In this document: positions 28,387 to 37,643 of the stretch, in pieces
Numbering within the stretch: the stretch's first letter is position 1
Layout: every line of letters starts with the position of its first letter
Origin: a virus
Lineage: Duplodnaviria; Caudoviricetes
Virus record (IMG/VR): IMGVR_UViG_3300032218_003242
Span: 1-38,810 of that record
DNA: 38,810 nucleotides
Direction: 5' to 3' (one strand)
Program-made: the position numbers and the translations under genes
Notes under the pieces: model-generated
What the model was told of the DNA's origin: nothing
Seen by the model: only the letters and a program-made list of their open reading frames with translations
Databases searched by the model: none

Positions 28387-28862
28387 ATAGTCGCCCTTCC
28401 TGGGACGAGGTCTGGATGCAGGTTGCAGATGCAATCGCGCAACGATCTCGCTGTAGCCGTGCTCAGATCGGAGCCGTCGTTGTGTCTAAGGACCAGCGCA
28501 TTAGCTCTACTGGGTATAACGGTCCTGCAGCTTTGTTCCCAGTAGAAGGAGACTGCATTGACTGGTGCCCACGTGCCCAAGGAGTAACTGCGCTTGATAA
28601 CACATATGATTCATGTCCATCAATCCACGCAGAGTCAAACGCACTACTATACGTTGACCGTTCTCGCGTAGAAGGTGGTACCATATACATAACAGATGCA
28701 GCGTGTTATCAGTGCGCAAAGTTAATTTCTAACTCTGGAATTACCCGCGTTGTTATGCGAATTGGAACGCGTGCGGCTCATCGTTTGCCAGATGCGACTG
28801 TAGATTATTTTAAGAAATGCAACATTGAGGTAGTAGTAACAGAGGACGTAAATGACAGTTGA
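28383..28862 (+). CDS. dCMP deaminase
   Basis: RPSWDE..M..A..IA.RS.C, TGYNG, HAESNAL, CYQCAKLI zinc motifs. Confidence 0.92.
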   Translation: MNSRPSWDEVWMQVADAIAQRSRCSRAQIGAVVVSKDQRISSTGYNGPAALFPVEGDCIDWCPRAQGVTALDNTYDSCPSIHAESNALLYVDRSRVEGGTIYITDAACYQCAKLISNSGITRVVMRIGTRAAHRLPDATVDYFKKCNIEVVVTEDVNDS

Positions 28863-30675
28863 AGGTCTAGGTGACGTACAACTTCACCTCGTAGACAGCG
28901 TTGAAAAGGCAGGGGAGTTTTTAACCTGGCTTGGCGAGCGTCGTCCTCATGATGCAATTGCGATTGATACTGAAACTGGAGAGTACCCAGGACGAGATCG
29001 TAAGGACGCCTTATCTCCTTGGCACGGGCGTCTTCGTCTTGTGCAGGTTGGCGATGGGCAACAGGCATGGGCAATGCCGTGGGACGAGTGGGCAGGTGCG
29101 TTCTATCAAGCTATGGATAAGTTTGATGGGCAAGTTGTTTGTCACAACATAGCATTTGAGGCAAAATGGTTTGACATCCAGTCACGTTGGAAGCTGCCGT
29201 GGCACCGCGCGCACGACACTATGATTATGGCGCACATCATTGATCCACTTGGCGTGGGCGCGTTAAAACGTCTTGCAGCTCTATATGTTGACGGGCGTGC
29301 GGTTGCTCTTCAAGATACGCTAGATACAGAGTTAGCAACTAACGGCTGGACATGGGGCACCGTTCCGACTAATTTTCAGCCTTACTGGGCGTACGGTGCG
29401 TTAGACTGCATCTTAACTATGCGCCTGTGGGAAAAATTTTATGAAAAGTGTGGTCCTGGCGGTCCATACAACAGGGCATATGAACTAGAAATGGCAACAC
29501 GTCGCATCGTTACCCGTATGGAAATCAACGGCGCGCGCATTGACCTTGACTACTCGAGGAAGAAGTTTGACGAGCTAACAGAGTACGCGGGCTCGGTTAA
29601 GACATGGGCTAAGGAAAAGTACAACGGCGTCTCTATCGGCAGCAACATTCAACTAGTGCGTTTACTAGAATCACTTGGCGCAGAGATCAACGAGTTCACA
29701 CCTTCGGGACAAAAATCAGCTTCAAAGGACCAACTTAAGCTTCTTACTATCGAAGGCAACGATGAGGTAAAGTCATTAGCTGAAATCGTGTTAAAGCAAC
29801 GCAAGGCAGATAAGCTTGCTAACACGTACTTTGCAAACTTTATCAATGACAACGTCAATGGGTTTGTTCATCCTTCTGTAAAAACGCTTGGCGCTCGTAC
29901 CTCGCGCATGTCAATCCAAAATCCTGCGCTGCAGACATTGCCTAAGGGTGATGACGTTGTGCGTCGTGCATTTATTCCTAAGGACGATGACCACGTCATT
30001 ATTACCTCTGACCTTGACCAGGTTGAGTTTAGAATGGTCGCGTCTCTTACTGGAGATCCAAACCTTATCGGTATGTTTCATCAGGCAGACCTCACAGGAT
30101 CAGATCCGTTCACCGAGATTGGAAAAGAAGTATACAGCGATCCAAACTTCCAGCGTTCTGATAAACGACGCGGTCTTATTAAAGGCATGATTTATGGTCG
30201 TCTCTACGGCGCGGGTGTTGCAAAGCAGGCGCTTACCGCGGGTGTACCCGAGAACATAATGAAGACTGTAGTTAATCAATTTGATGTACGCTTCCCAGGC
30301 ATGACTGGTTTCCAGCAAAAGATTGAAGACGTTGGAATGCGTCGTCTTAAGGCAGAAGGCCAAGGGTATGTTTACACCTGGACAGGGCGTAGACTTCCTT
30401 GTGACGAAGATCGAGTTTATACCTTGCTTAATTATTTAGCCCAGGGAGGCGCGGCAGAGATCTTTAAGGCAAATCTTGTAAAACTAGATCAGGCAGATCT
30501 AACCGAACTTCTCATCGTTCCTGTGCACGATGAAATTGTTCTTAACGCACCGCGTAACGACGTTGAAGAAATTAAGCGTATCGTTAAGGAGTGTATGACA
30601 ACTACCGAAGGCTGGGCAGTTCCGCTTACAGCAGGCATTGATGGTCCTATGGAAAACTGGGGAGAAAAATACTAG
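28852..30675 (+). CDS. polA: DNA polymerase family A with 3'-5' exonuclease
   Basis: ExoI DTETG, ExoII HNIAFE, ExoIII YGALD; motif A DLDQVEFR, motif B KGMIYGRLYG, motif C VHDEIV. Confidence 0.95.
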   Translation: MTVEGLGDVQLHLVDSVEKAGEFLTWLGERRPHDAIAIDTETGEYPGRDRKDALSPWHGRLRLVQVGDGQQAWAMPWDEWAGAFYQAMDKFDGQVVCHNIAFEAKWFDIQSRWKLPWHRAHDTMIMAHIIDPLGVGALKRLAALYVDGRAVALQDTLDTELATNGWTWGTVPTNFQPYWAYGALDCILTMRLWEKFYEKCGPGGPYNRAYELEMATRRIVTRMEINGARIDLDYSRKKFDELTEYAGSVKTWAKEKYNGVSIGSNIQLVRLLESLGAEINEFTPSGQKSASKDQLKLLTIEGNDEVKSLAEIVLKQRKADKLANTYFANFINDNVNGFVHPSVKTLGARTSRMSIQNPALQTLPKGDDVVRRAFIPKDDDHVIITSDLDQVEFRMVASLTGDPNLIGMFHQADLTGSDPFTEIGKEVYSDPNFQRSDKRRGLIKGMIYGRLYGAGVAKQALTAGVPENIMKTVVNQFDVRFPGMTGFQQKIEDVGMRRLKAEGQGYVYTWTGRRLPCDEDRVYTLLNYLAQGGAAEIFKANLVKLDQADLTELLIVPVHDEIVLNAPRNDVEEIKRIVKECMTTTEGWAVPLTAGIDGPMENWGEKY

Positions 30676-31127
30676 TGAAGATGATCTTATCGGTAGACCC
30701 AGGAAAGGCAACAGGCATGACCCTGTTCTCGTTTGAAAGAGGACAGGAGCCAGTCTTAATCTGGGCAGGTGAGTATCAACAGGAAGAGTACGCCAAGCCT
30801 ATCCGTGACACTCTCGTTGAGTATCCTGATGTGACCGTTGTCTGTGAGCGCTTTATCATTAACGCTCAGACTGCTAAAAAATCACAGGCTCCCTACAGCC
30901 TTGAGCAGATTGGAATTTTACGCCAATGTCTTATGGACGCAGGAAGAAAGGCAGATGACGTTATCTTCCAGTCACCTTCCGACGCCAAGGCGATGTTTGA
31001 TAATCCTAAACTTAAGAAGCTGGAGTACTGGCATAAGGGCGGTGAAGGACACGCACTTGATGCGATACGACATGCCCTATTACAGTGTGTAAAGCTTGGA
31101 TGGATCCCTAGAAGGCTCCTACAATAA
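30675..31127 (+). CDS. RuvC-like (RNase H fold) Holliday junction resolvase
   Basis: ILSVDPGKATG, VVCERF, HALDAIRH acidic catalytic pattern. Confidence 0.7.
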   Translation: MKMILSVDPGKATGMTLFSFERGQEPVLIWAGEYQQEEYAKPIRDTLVEYPDVTVVCERFIINAQTAKKSQAPYSLEQIGILRQCLMDAGRKADDVIFQSPSDAKAMFDNPKLKKLEYWHKGGEGHALDAIRHALLQCVKLGWIPRRLLQ

Positions 31128-31174
31128 ATAAAGTAGATACTAAGCAGAAATAATAAACAACTTCTGCAAAATCC

Positions 31175-31183
31175 TGTTAGTAT
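31175..31183 (+). promoter_or_regulatory. Extended -10 promoter candidate (TGTTAGTAT) before helicase
   Basis: TGn + TAGTAT in AT-rich intergenic; GCAGAA/TTCTGC inverted repeat (31144-31167) just upstream. Confidence 0.5.
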
Positions 31184-31214
31184 AGCGAAATAATGACGAA
31201 AGGAACGACAAACA

Positions 31215-33017
31215 GTGCCAGTTGACGTAGAGCTCGACGAGTCGGGCAAGCACGTAATTATCAATACTGAGTGGCGTCTTAAGGAACTTTGCAAAAGTAT
31301 TCCTGGAGCAAAGTGGGATGCAAGAACTCAGGTATGGAACGTGCCTACAAGTTGGGCAACATGTTTGGCATTACGTAGCACCTTCAAAACTGACCTTCAA
31401 ATTGGCCCTAGATTGACCGCCTGGGCTTCCAACGAGGTAGCCACACGTATTACCCCGGCAAACACGTTACGTGACCTAGAAACCCTGGAAGAGGGCAACG
31501 AGGACCTGTTCCCGCATCAGCGTGCAGGTGTCAAATTCCTATCGGTAGCCCGTAGAGCATTACTAGCAGATGAACCTGGTCTAGGCAAGACAGCGCAGGC
31601 AATTCGAGCATTAAAACAATTACAGGATAACGGCGAGGATGTTTTTCCCGCGCTTATCGTTTGCCCTAACACCCTCAAGAAGAACTGGAAGCGCGAGTTC
31701 GATATGTGGTGGCCTGGAGTTGACGTAGAGGTTATTAAGGGATCAGCGACTCAACGCCGTAAGGTCTTTGAGGAAGAGGCTGACGTATACGTTATTAACT
31801 GGGAATCCTTGCGCTCTCATTCTAGACTTTCTTCCTACGGCTCTATTGCCCTTGCGCGGTGTCAAGAATGCGGCGGGCATGACGAGAAGGTTACTATAAA
31901 TCGCTGCGAGGTTCACAAGCGAGAACTTAACATGATTGATTTTAAGTCTGTAGTTGCGGACGAAATCCATCGAAGTAAAGAGCCGAAGTCTAAGCAATCT
32001 CGTGCCCTATGGGCTGCAACAGGCGATGCGGATATTCGCTTTGCATTGACTGGAACACCTATCGCAAACAACGTTTTAGATCTATGGTCAATCCTTCACT
32101 GGCTATCGCCTGAAGAGTGGCCAAGCAAGACACGTTGGGTTGACCGCATGGTTAACGTAATGTTGAATGCCTTCGGTGGCATGATGGTTTTAGGTGTAAA
32201 GCCTCACATGGAACAAGAATTCTATGCGACGGTAAATCCTCGCATGCGTCGCATGTTAAAGGCAAAGGTACTGCCTTGGCTTCCTGAAATGATGTTTGAA
32301 CGTCGCGACATCGAGATGTCTACTAAGCAAAAGAAAGCTTATGACCAGATGCGTGACACGATGATTGCAGAGTTAGAGAACGGAGATGCGATTACCGCAC
32401 CTTCAGCTCTTACGCAGACAATTCGTCTACTACAGTTTGCAAGTTCTTATGCCGAGATGAGCGTGAACGAAGAAACAGGCGAGACGCGTGCAGTACTTAC
32501 TGAGCCTTCCTGTAAGGTTGACTCGCTTATGGACGACATTGAAAACGGCGACTTTGGAGATGACTCCGTTGCGGTGTGCGCGGTGTCACGTCAGTTGATT
32601 GATTTACTTAGTGCAGAAATGACTAAGGCTAAGATTCCACATGGTCTCATCACTGGTGCCCAGGACGAGGACGAACGTCAACAGGCGGTTGACGACTTCC
32701 AGTCCGGCAAGATCAAGTGGATACTTTTTACAGCGCAGGCTGGCGGTGTTGGCATTACACTTACCGCGGCGCGACGTTTAGTAATGTTGCAGCGTCCATG
32801 GTCACTTGTAGATCACAAGCAGGCACTTGACCGTGTTCACCGTATCGGATCTGAAATTCACGACTCAATTATCGTCACAGACTATGTTACAGATGGTTCT
32901 ATCGAGGAAAGAGTTATCCAAGTCTTATCAACTAAGGCTGATAACTTTGAACAAATCGTAAAAGATAAAGACAAGCTTCTCTCACTACTCAAAGACGATA
33001 AGGCAGGAAAGCTATGA
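31215..33017 (+). CDS. SNF2-family (SF2) helicase with N-terminal HARP-like domain
   Basis: LADEPGLGKT, DEIH, LTGTP, AGGVGITLT, QALDRVHRIG. Confidence 0.92.
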   Translation: MPVDVELDESGKHVIINTEWRLKELCKSIPGAKWDARTQVWNVPTSWATCLALRSTFKTDLQIGPRLTAWASNEVATRITPANTLRDLETLEEGNEDLFPHQRAGVKFLSVARRALLADEPGLGKTAQAIRALKQLQDNGEDVFPALIVCPNTLKKNWKREFDMWWPGVDVEVIKGSATQRRKVFEEEADVYVINWESLRSHSRLSSYGSIALARCQECGGHDEKVTINRCEVHKRELNMIDFKSVVADEIHRSKEPKSKQSRALWAATGDADIRFALTGTPIANNVLDLWSILHWLSPEEWPSKTRWVDRMVNVMLNAFGGMMVLGVKPHMEQEFYATVNPRMRRMLKAKVLPWLPEMMFERRDIEMSTKQKKAYDQMRDTMIAELENGDAITAPSALTQTIRLLQFASSYAEMSVNEETGETRAVLTEPSCKVDSLMDDIENGDFGDDSVAVCAVSRQLIDLLSAEMTKAKIPHGLITGAQDEDERQQAVDDFQSGKIKWILFTAQAGGVGITLTAARRLVMLQRPWSLVDHKQALDRVHRIGSEIHDSIIVTDYVTDGSIEERVIQVLSTKADNFEQIVKDKDKLLSLLKDDKAGKL

Positions 33018-33943
33018 CCCAGCCGATAAGAATCTCTAACTCCGAGATCCAAACCTTCAAAGATTGTCGTAGAAGATGGTGGTTATCATATTACCGTCGA
33101 TTGCAACCTAGAACTCAACAGATGACAGGTGCACTTGCACTTGGTTCTCGTGTTCACGAGGCACTTGATATGTACTACGGCAAGGGCATCCCACTTCTTG
33201 ACGCACATGCAGAACTTGTCGTGAAAGATAAGTTAATTCTTGAGTCTACATTCCGTGATACATACGATTTAGACTCCGAGGCCGAGCTTGGTCGCATCAT
33301 GCTTGAAGGCTACCTACAGTGGGTTGATGAAAACGGAATTGACGCAGAGTTAGAGATGATTTCTACAGAAGAAATTATCGAGATGCCTTTACTTAACGGC
33401 GAGGTTATCCTGCAAGGTAAGATTGATATGCGTGTTCGTCGTAAGGCTGACGGAGTGCGTATGTTTAGAGACTTTAAGACTGTCGGCGGCTCGTTTACAG
33501 ACTTCTCCGCGATGGCACACATGAACGAGCAGATTCTTACGTATATGATGTTAGAAACTGCGCAGAACAAAGAAGGTGAACGCTCTGAAGGCGGAATCTT
33601 TACTATGTTAAAGAAGGTTAAGCGCTCTGCAAACGCAAAGCCACCCTTCTACGAACAAATTGAAGTACGTCATAACGTTTTTGCCTTGCGCTCGTTCTGG
33701 CAGCGTATCCACGGTGTTCTAACGAACATGATGGGTGCACGCAAGGCACTTGATGAAGGTGGAGATCACAGATTTATCGTGTACCCAAGTCCTTCACGCG
33801 ATTGCAAGTGGAAATGCTCATTCTTCTCTATATGTCCGATGTTTGATGATGGGTCTGCGGCAGAGGCTGCACTTGAAGACGCGTTCCAACCGTCAGATCC
33901 CTATTCCTATTACGGTGTAGAAGAGAAGAAGGGTAACGCTTAA
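33014..33943 (+). CDS. Cas4/AddB-like PD-(D/E)xK exonuclease (4-Cys Fe-S type)
   Basis: SNSEIQTFKDC, GSRVHEALD, GKID..DFKT, C-terminal CKWKCSFFSIC. Confidence 0.85.
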   Translation: MTQPIRISNSEIQTFKDCRRRWWLSYYRRLQPRTQQMTGALALGSRVHEALDMYYGKGIPLLDAHAELVVKDKLILESTFRDTYDLDSEAELGRIMLEGYLQWVDENGIDAELEMISTEEIIEMPLLNGEVILQGKIDMRVRRKADGVRMFRDFKTVGGSFTDFSAMAHMNEQILTYMMLETAQNKEGERSEGGIFTMLKKVKRSANAKPPFYEQIEVRHNVFALRSFWQRIHGVLTNMMGARKALDEGGDHRFIVYPSPSRDCKWKCSFFSICPMFDDGSAAEAALEDAFQPSDPYSYYGVEEKKGNA

Positions 33944-33979
33944 TAATGTTAAACAAACACAAAGAGATGAAAGGAAACA

Positions 33980-34762
33980 GTGATGTCTGACGTACAACGT
34001 TCGTTGACTATCATGGTTTACGGCGAATCAAAGGTTGGTAAATCAACCTTCGCGGTAACCGCACCATATCCACGTCTCATGCTTGACGTTGAGGGTGGGC
34101 ATCGATTCCTACCTATCACCGTTAAGTACTGGGACCCTATTCGAGAAGAACCTCCAGTTGCCGATGGCACCTGGGACACCGTAGTCGTTAACGTTCGCGA
34201 CTATGATGTTGTTCTTAAAACATTCCAGTGGTTACAGACTGGAAAGCATCAGTTCAAGTCACTTATCATTGATTCCATCTCTGAACTTCAAGTGAAGTGC
34301 ATGGATTCAATCGCAGGTACTGAACAAATGAAGATGCAACAATGGGGCGAGTTGCTTCGTCACATGGGTGCGCTACTGCGTGACCTACGTGACCTTACAA
34401 TGCACCCTACACAGCCGTTAGAAGCTGTTGTATTGACTGCTATGGCACGACCTGGAGCAGACGGACGTTCACGTCCTTACCTGCAAGGTCAGCTTGCAAT
34501 TCAAGCGCCATACTTCTATGACATCCTTGGCGCAATTACAGTAGAAACGTTTCCTAATCCGGACCCACTGCAATCACCGTTTAAGGCACGTCGTATGTAC
34601 GTAGAACGCACAGACGAATACGAAGCAGGCGAGCGAGTACAAGGCAGACTTGGAAAGATCGTTGAACAAGAAAACCTTGGTATCGAACGCATGCTTGACA
34701 TGATTTTCGGTCCAACTACACCAGCAGTAACACCACCACCAACAACTAAGTCAGGAGAATAA
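33980..34762 (+). CDS. AAA_24 / Sak4-like ATPase (recombinase)
   Basis: YGESKVGKST Walker A, LDVEGG, IIDSISELQ Walker B; between exonuclease and SSB. Confidence 0.82.
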   Translation: MMSDVQRSLTIMVYGESKVGKSTFAVTAPYPRLMLDVEGGHRFLPITVKYWDPIREEPPVADGTWDTVVVNVRDYDVVLKTFQWLQTGKHQFKSLIIDSISELQVKCMDSIAGTEQMKMQQWGELLRHMGALLRDLRDLTMHPTQPLEAVVLTAMARPGADGRSRPYLQGQLAIQAPYFYDILGAITVETFPNPDPLQSPFKARRMYVERTDEYEAGERVQGRLGKIVEQENLGIERMLDMIFGPTTPAVTPPPTTKSGE

Positions 34763-34767
34763 ACCAG

Positions 34768-35319
34768 ATGAGTTCACTCAATTGGGGCGATCTTGTAAAA
34801 GACGCCGGAGATGTAGGCAGTTTCGAACCACTACCAGACGGTGACTACGATCTCGTATGTCAAGAAATCACTGCAAAGGTTTCGCAGTCAGGTAAGACTA
34901 TGTTTGCGCTTAAGGCGCAGGTACAAGGTGGCGCTCATAACAAGCGCATTGTTTGGGATAACTTAGTTGTTACTCCAGAATCACCTGCTGCTCTTGGTAT
35001 GTTTTTCCGCAAGATGGCAGCTCTCGGTTTAGGCCGCGAGTTCTTTGCAACAAGTCCTTCTAACGCTGCAATCGAGCAAGCTGCTAAGGGACGCGCATTT
35101 CGTGCACAGGTTGGCTCTCGCACATGGCAGGGTCAAAAGAAGAACGAAATTAAGATGTACTACGTAGCTACAGCACCTGCAGGTACTCCTGCAGCACCTG
35201 CCGCTGCAGCACCTGCACCAGCGCCTGCACCTGCACCAGCTCCAGCGCCCGCCGCTGCTCCAGTAGCAGAAGCATCAGCGCCAGCAGTTGCAGCAGCTCC
35301 ACCTTCTGCTCCGTTCTAA
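34768..35319 (+). CDS. Single-stranded DNA-binding protein (DUF669-like)
   Basis: FEPLPDGDY, SQSGK.M, KNEIK, Pro/Ala linker ending APF. Confidence 0.8.
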   Translation: MSSLNWGDLVKDAGDVGSFEPLPDGDYDLVCQEITAKVSQSGKTMFALKAQVQGGAHNKRIVWDNLVVTPESPAALGMFFRKMAALGLGREFFATSPSNAAIEQAAKGRAFRAQVGSRTWQGQKKNEIKMYYVATAPAGTPAAPAAAAPAPAPAPAPAPAPAAAPVAEASAPAVAAAPPSAPF

Positions 35320-35326
35320 ATAGCAG

Positions 35327-35394
35327 TCTAAGTAAGTCTGGTTTATCACCTATTCCTGGTACAGTGAATAGGTGATACTCCAAATCTACTTAGA
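35327..35394 (+). promoter_or_regulatory. Long hairpin between SSB and first GT-B gene
   Basis: TATCACCTATTC(35344-55)/GAATAGGTGATA(35366-77) plus outer TCTAAGTA(35327-34)/TACTTAGA(35387-94). Confidence 0.7.
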
Positions 35395-35406
35395 AAGGTA
35401 GTGGGC

Positions 35407-36618
35407 ATGAAGGTTCTAATTACAGGATTTACTGCACTCCAAATTAACACGGAGAAGCGTACGATCCAAAAGATTGACGTGCCTGCTTCTATCGCAAAAG
35501 CATTGCGTGAAGCTGGCCATGATGTTGATTGGCGCAAGGTTACACCAGGCGAGGATCTTTCATCTTATGATGTTGCGTGGGTAAACCTTGCACCGTTAAA
35601 CTCACTTAATGGACGTCAAGGTGCGATGGGTGCACTCTATACTTTGTCATCTGGATTACCTTGCGTAGGATTCTTTGATGATTGGCAATTTAATACCGTG
35701 TTCAACGGTGCTCGTGCTTTAATTCGTAAACCTGAGATGTTATATAAGCATCTGCTTGTAGGAACTGAGCATCGCGGAGAAGAAGGCGCAACTTACTTTA
35801 GTCGTGCAGATATTGAAGCGGCAGTTGAACGTATCAAGGAAACAAACCCTGCGGCGGCAAAAAAGTGTTATATCGAACGCTATTATATGATGGACTCAGA
35901 CGAAAACGTACAGCCTTACGAAAAACGTTTAGTCGAGGCATCACGAGATCTCATCGCAGATCGTTGGCTAGCAGGTATGGTTCCAGTTTGTCCTATGTAT
36001 TCTTTCGGTGACAGAGCTATCGTGCGTAAGCGCATGCCTGACGCGGTAGGACCTATCGAGGCGTTAGACCCAACGTCAACTGTTATTCCAACCCTACAAC
36101 CTGTTACCGCACTTCCTCCTACGGAGAAAAAGCGTGCATGGGTTCTTGGAGCTCTTATGCCACATGACGGTTGGCTTGAAAGAAAGAATCCAGACTGGCA
36201 AGTTGAGATCGTAGGAAGTCGTAAGCTTATTAAGAAACTTGGCGGACAAAGATTTGCTACAGAGCAGGACGTACTTGAGTTCTATAACAAGCACTGGGGA
36301 ATTCTTTCTCCACCGTATCCACACGCTGGATCCGGCTGGTGGCGTAGTCGTTTCCTATATGCAGCCCACGTAGGATCTATCCTTGTTACCGATAAGGGCG
36401 AAGGTGATCCACTTGGTGATGCGTATAAGCTAAAGATCTCTGACGTTGAAAAGATGTCGGACACAGAGCTGCACGCAACTGCCATGGCACAACGCGCGGC
36501 ATTAACTCCATATATCCCAGAGTACACCGCGTTTGTTGAACACTGTGACCGTATCATTAAGCGTGCGGTTGCCGAGGACAAAGGCCGTGCATTGAAGGCA
36601 GACGGTACACTTGTATGA
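35407..36618 (+). CDS. GT-B glycosyltransferase, T4 beta-glucosyltransferase-like
   Basis: ATG 35407 after GAAAGG. MKVLITG..LREAGHDV..DLSSYDV..N...FFDDWQ; C-terminal GILSPPY..GWWRSRF..A..GSIL. Confidence 0.6.
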   Translation: MKVLITGFTALQINTEKRTIQKIDVPASIAKALREAGHDVDWRKVTPGEDLSSYDVAWVNLAPLNSLNGRQGAMGALYTLSSGLPCVGFFDDWQFNTVFNGARALIRKPEMLYKHLLVGTEHRGEEGATYFSRADIEAAVERIKETNPAAAKKCYIERYYMMDSDENVQPYEKRLVEASRDLIADRWLAGMVPVCPMYSFGDRAIVRKRMPDAVGPIEALDPTSTVIPTLQPVTALPPTEKKRAWVLGALMPHDGWLERKNPDWQVEIVGSRKLIKKLGGQRFATEQDVLEFYNKHWGILSPPYPHAGSGWWRSRFLYAAHVGSILVTDKGEGDPLGDAYKLKISDVEKMSDTELHATAMAQRAALTPYIPEYTAFVEHCDRIIKRAVAEDKGRALKADGTLV

Positions 36619-37643
36619 GTAAAATTCTTATCACAGGTATGAGCGCTTCTCATGCTTCAGAGAAGGCTAACATGCGCTCGTTATCTTTTGCTGGAGTGAT
36701 GAAGTTAGTTCTTGAGCAGCAAGGGCACGAGGTTATCCAGGAAAATCCTGAGGTCTCCTGGAACCTAAATGATCTTGAACAATATGACTCCGTACTTGTT
36801 GGAATTAGTCCTATAACAAGCTTAAGTGCAAATCACGTCTACGGAGCGTTAAGTGTTATTGACGTGCTGCTTGACTCGCCTAAGTTACGTTTATTTATCG
36901 ACGCACCTGAACCTGGAAAGATTACCGCAAGTCTTCGCGCGATGGTTAAGACACCTGACAACCTTACCAAGCCTTTTTATTCCTACCGTAGAGGTTTTAG
37001 TCACGCGTCACAACCAAACATGCTTAATAACCTTATAGAGGTCATAGAGGATCTGCTTAATAAGCCTTGGCCTATAACGTTGTACCCGTCGCTGTCTTGG
37101 ACAGACGAGACAGAGCACGTTGCTAACTTCCTACCTGAAGGCGCACGTAACTCACTTAAGGCTATTAACTTAGATGCGTACTTAATCTCAACACAGGAGA
37201 TGATAGACATCGAGCGCCGTGATAAATGGGTAGTAGAAAATTACTCTACCAAGTGGGTTAAGTCTACCGCGTCTACGTTATCAACTCCTACAGTTCCTAT
37301 GAAGTGGAATAAGTCCTGGAGTGACTCGCAGGTGTATGCACAGATAGCCTCAGGTATAGGCGCGCTTATCCCTCCGTATCCTTCTAGTACATGGTGGAGT
37401 TATAGATATATCCAGTGCATGAACGCGGCAACGCCTATCGCAACAAACTGGAAGGAAAGTCAACTCTTGGGTTCATCATGGACTCATCTTGCGTCAAGTA
37501 TCGAGAGTATGTCAAAGGAAGAACGCTTAGCGCTTGCTACGCAGCAACGCAACGCATATCTAGAAAATATACCTACACGTAGGGAAGCAGCAATTAACTT
37601 ATCACAGGCACTAGGTCTATTCACGAGAAAAGAGCAAAACTAA
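36615..37643 (+). CDS. Second GT-B glycosyltransferase-like paralogue
   Basis: KILITG..LEQQGHEV..DLEQYDSV..LFID; GALIPPY..WWSYRY; clearly paralogous to upstream gene; ATGA overlap. Confidence 0.58.
   Translation: MSKILITGMSASHASEKANMRSLSFAGVMKLVLEQQGHEVIQENPEVSWNLNDLEQYDSVLVGISPITSLSANHVYGALSVIDVLLDSPKLRLFIDAPEPGKITASLRAMVKTPDNLTKPFYSYRRGFSHASQPNMLNNLIEVIEDLLNKPWPITLYPSLSWTDETEHVANFLPEGARNSLKAINLDAYLISTQEMIDIERRDKWVVENYSTKWVKSTASTLSTPTVPMKWNKSWSDSQVYAQIASGIGALIPPYPSSTWWSYRYIQCMNAATPIATNWKESQLLGSSWTHLASSIESMSKEERLALATQQRNAYLENIPTRREAAINLSQALGLFTRKEQN

Noticed and set aside
33014-33943. Cas4-like nuclease as sign of a CRISPR-Cas system
   Set aside because: No repeat-spacer array or other cas genes seen; it sits in a typical exonuclease-Sak4-SSB recombination module.
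35170-35316. GCACCT-type tandem repeat as a DNA element
   Set aside because: Encodes the Pro/Ala linker of the SSB C-terminus.
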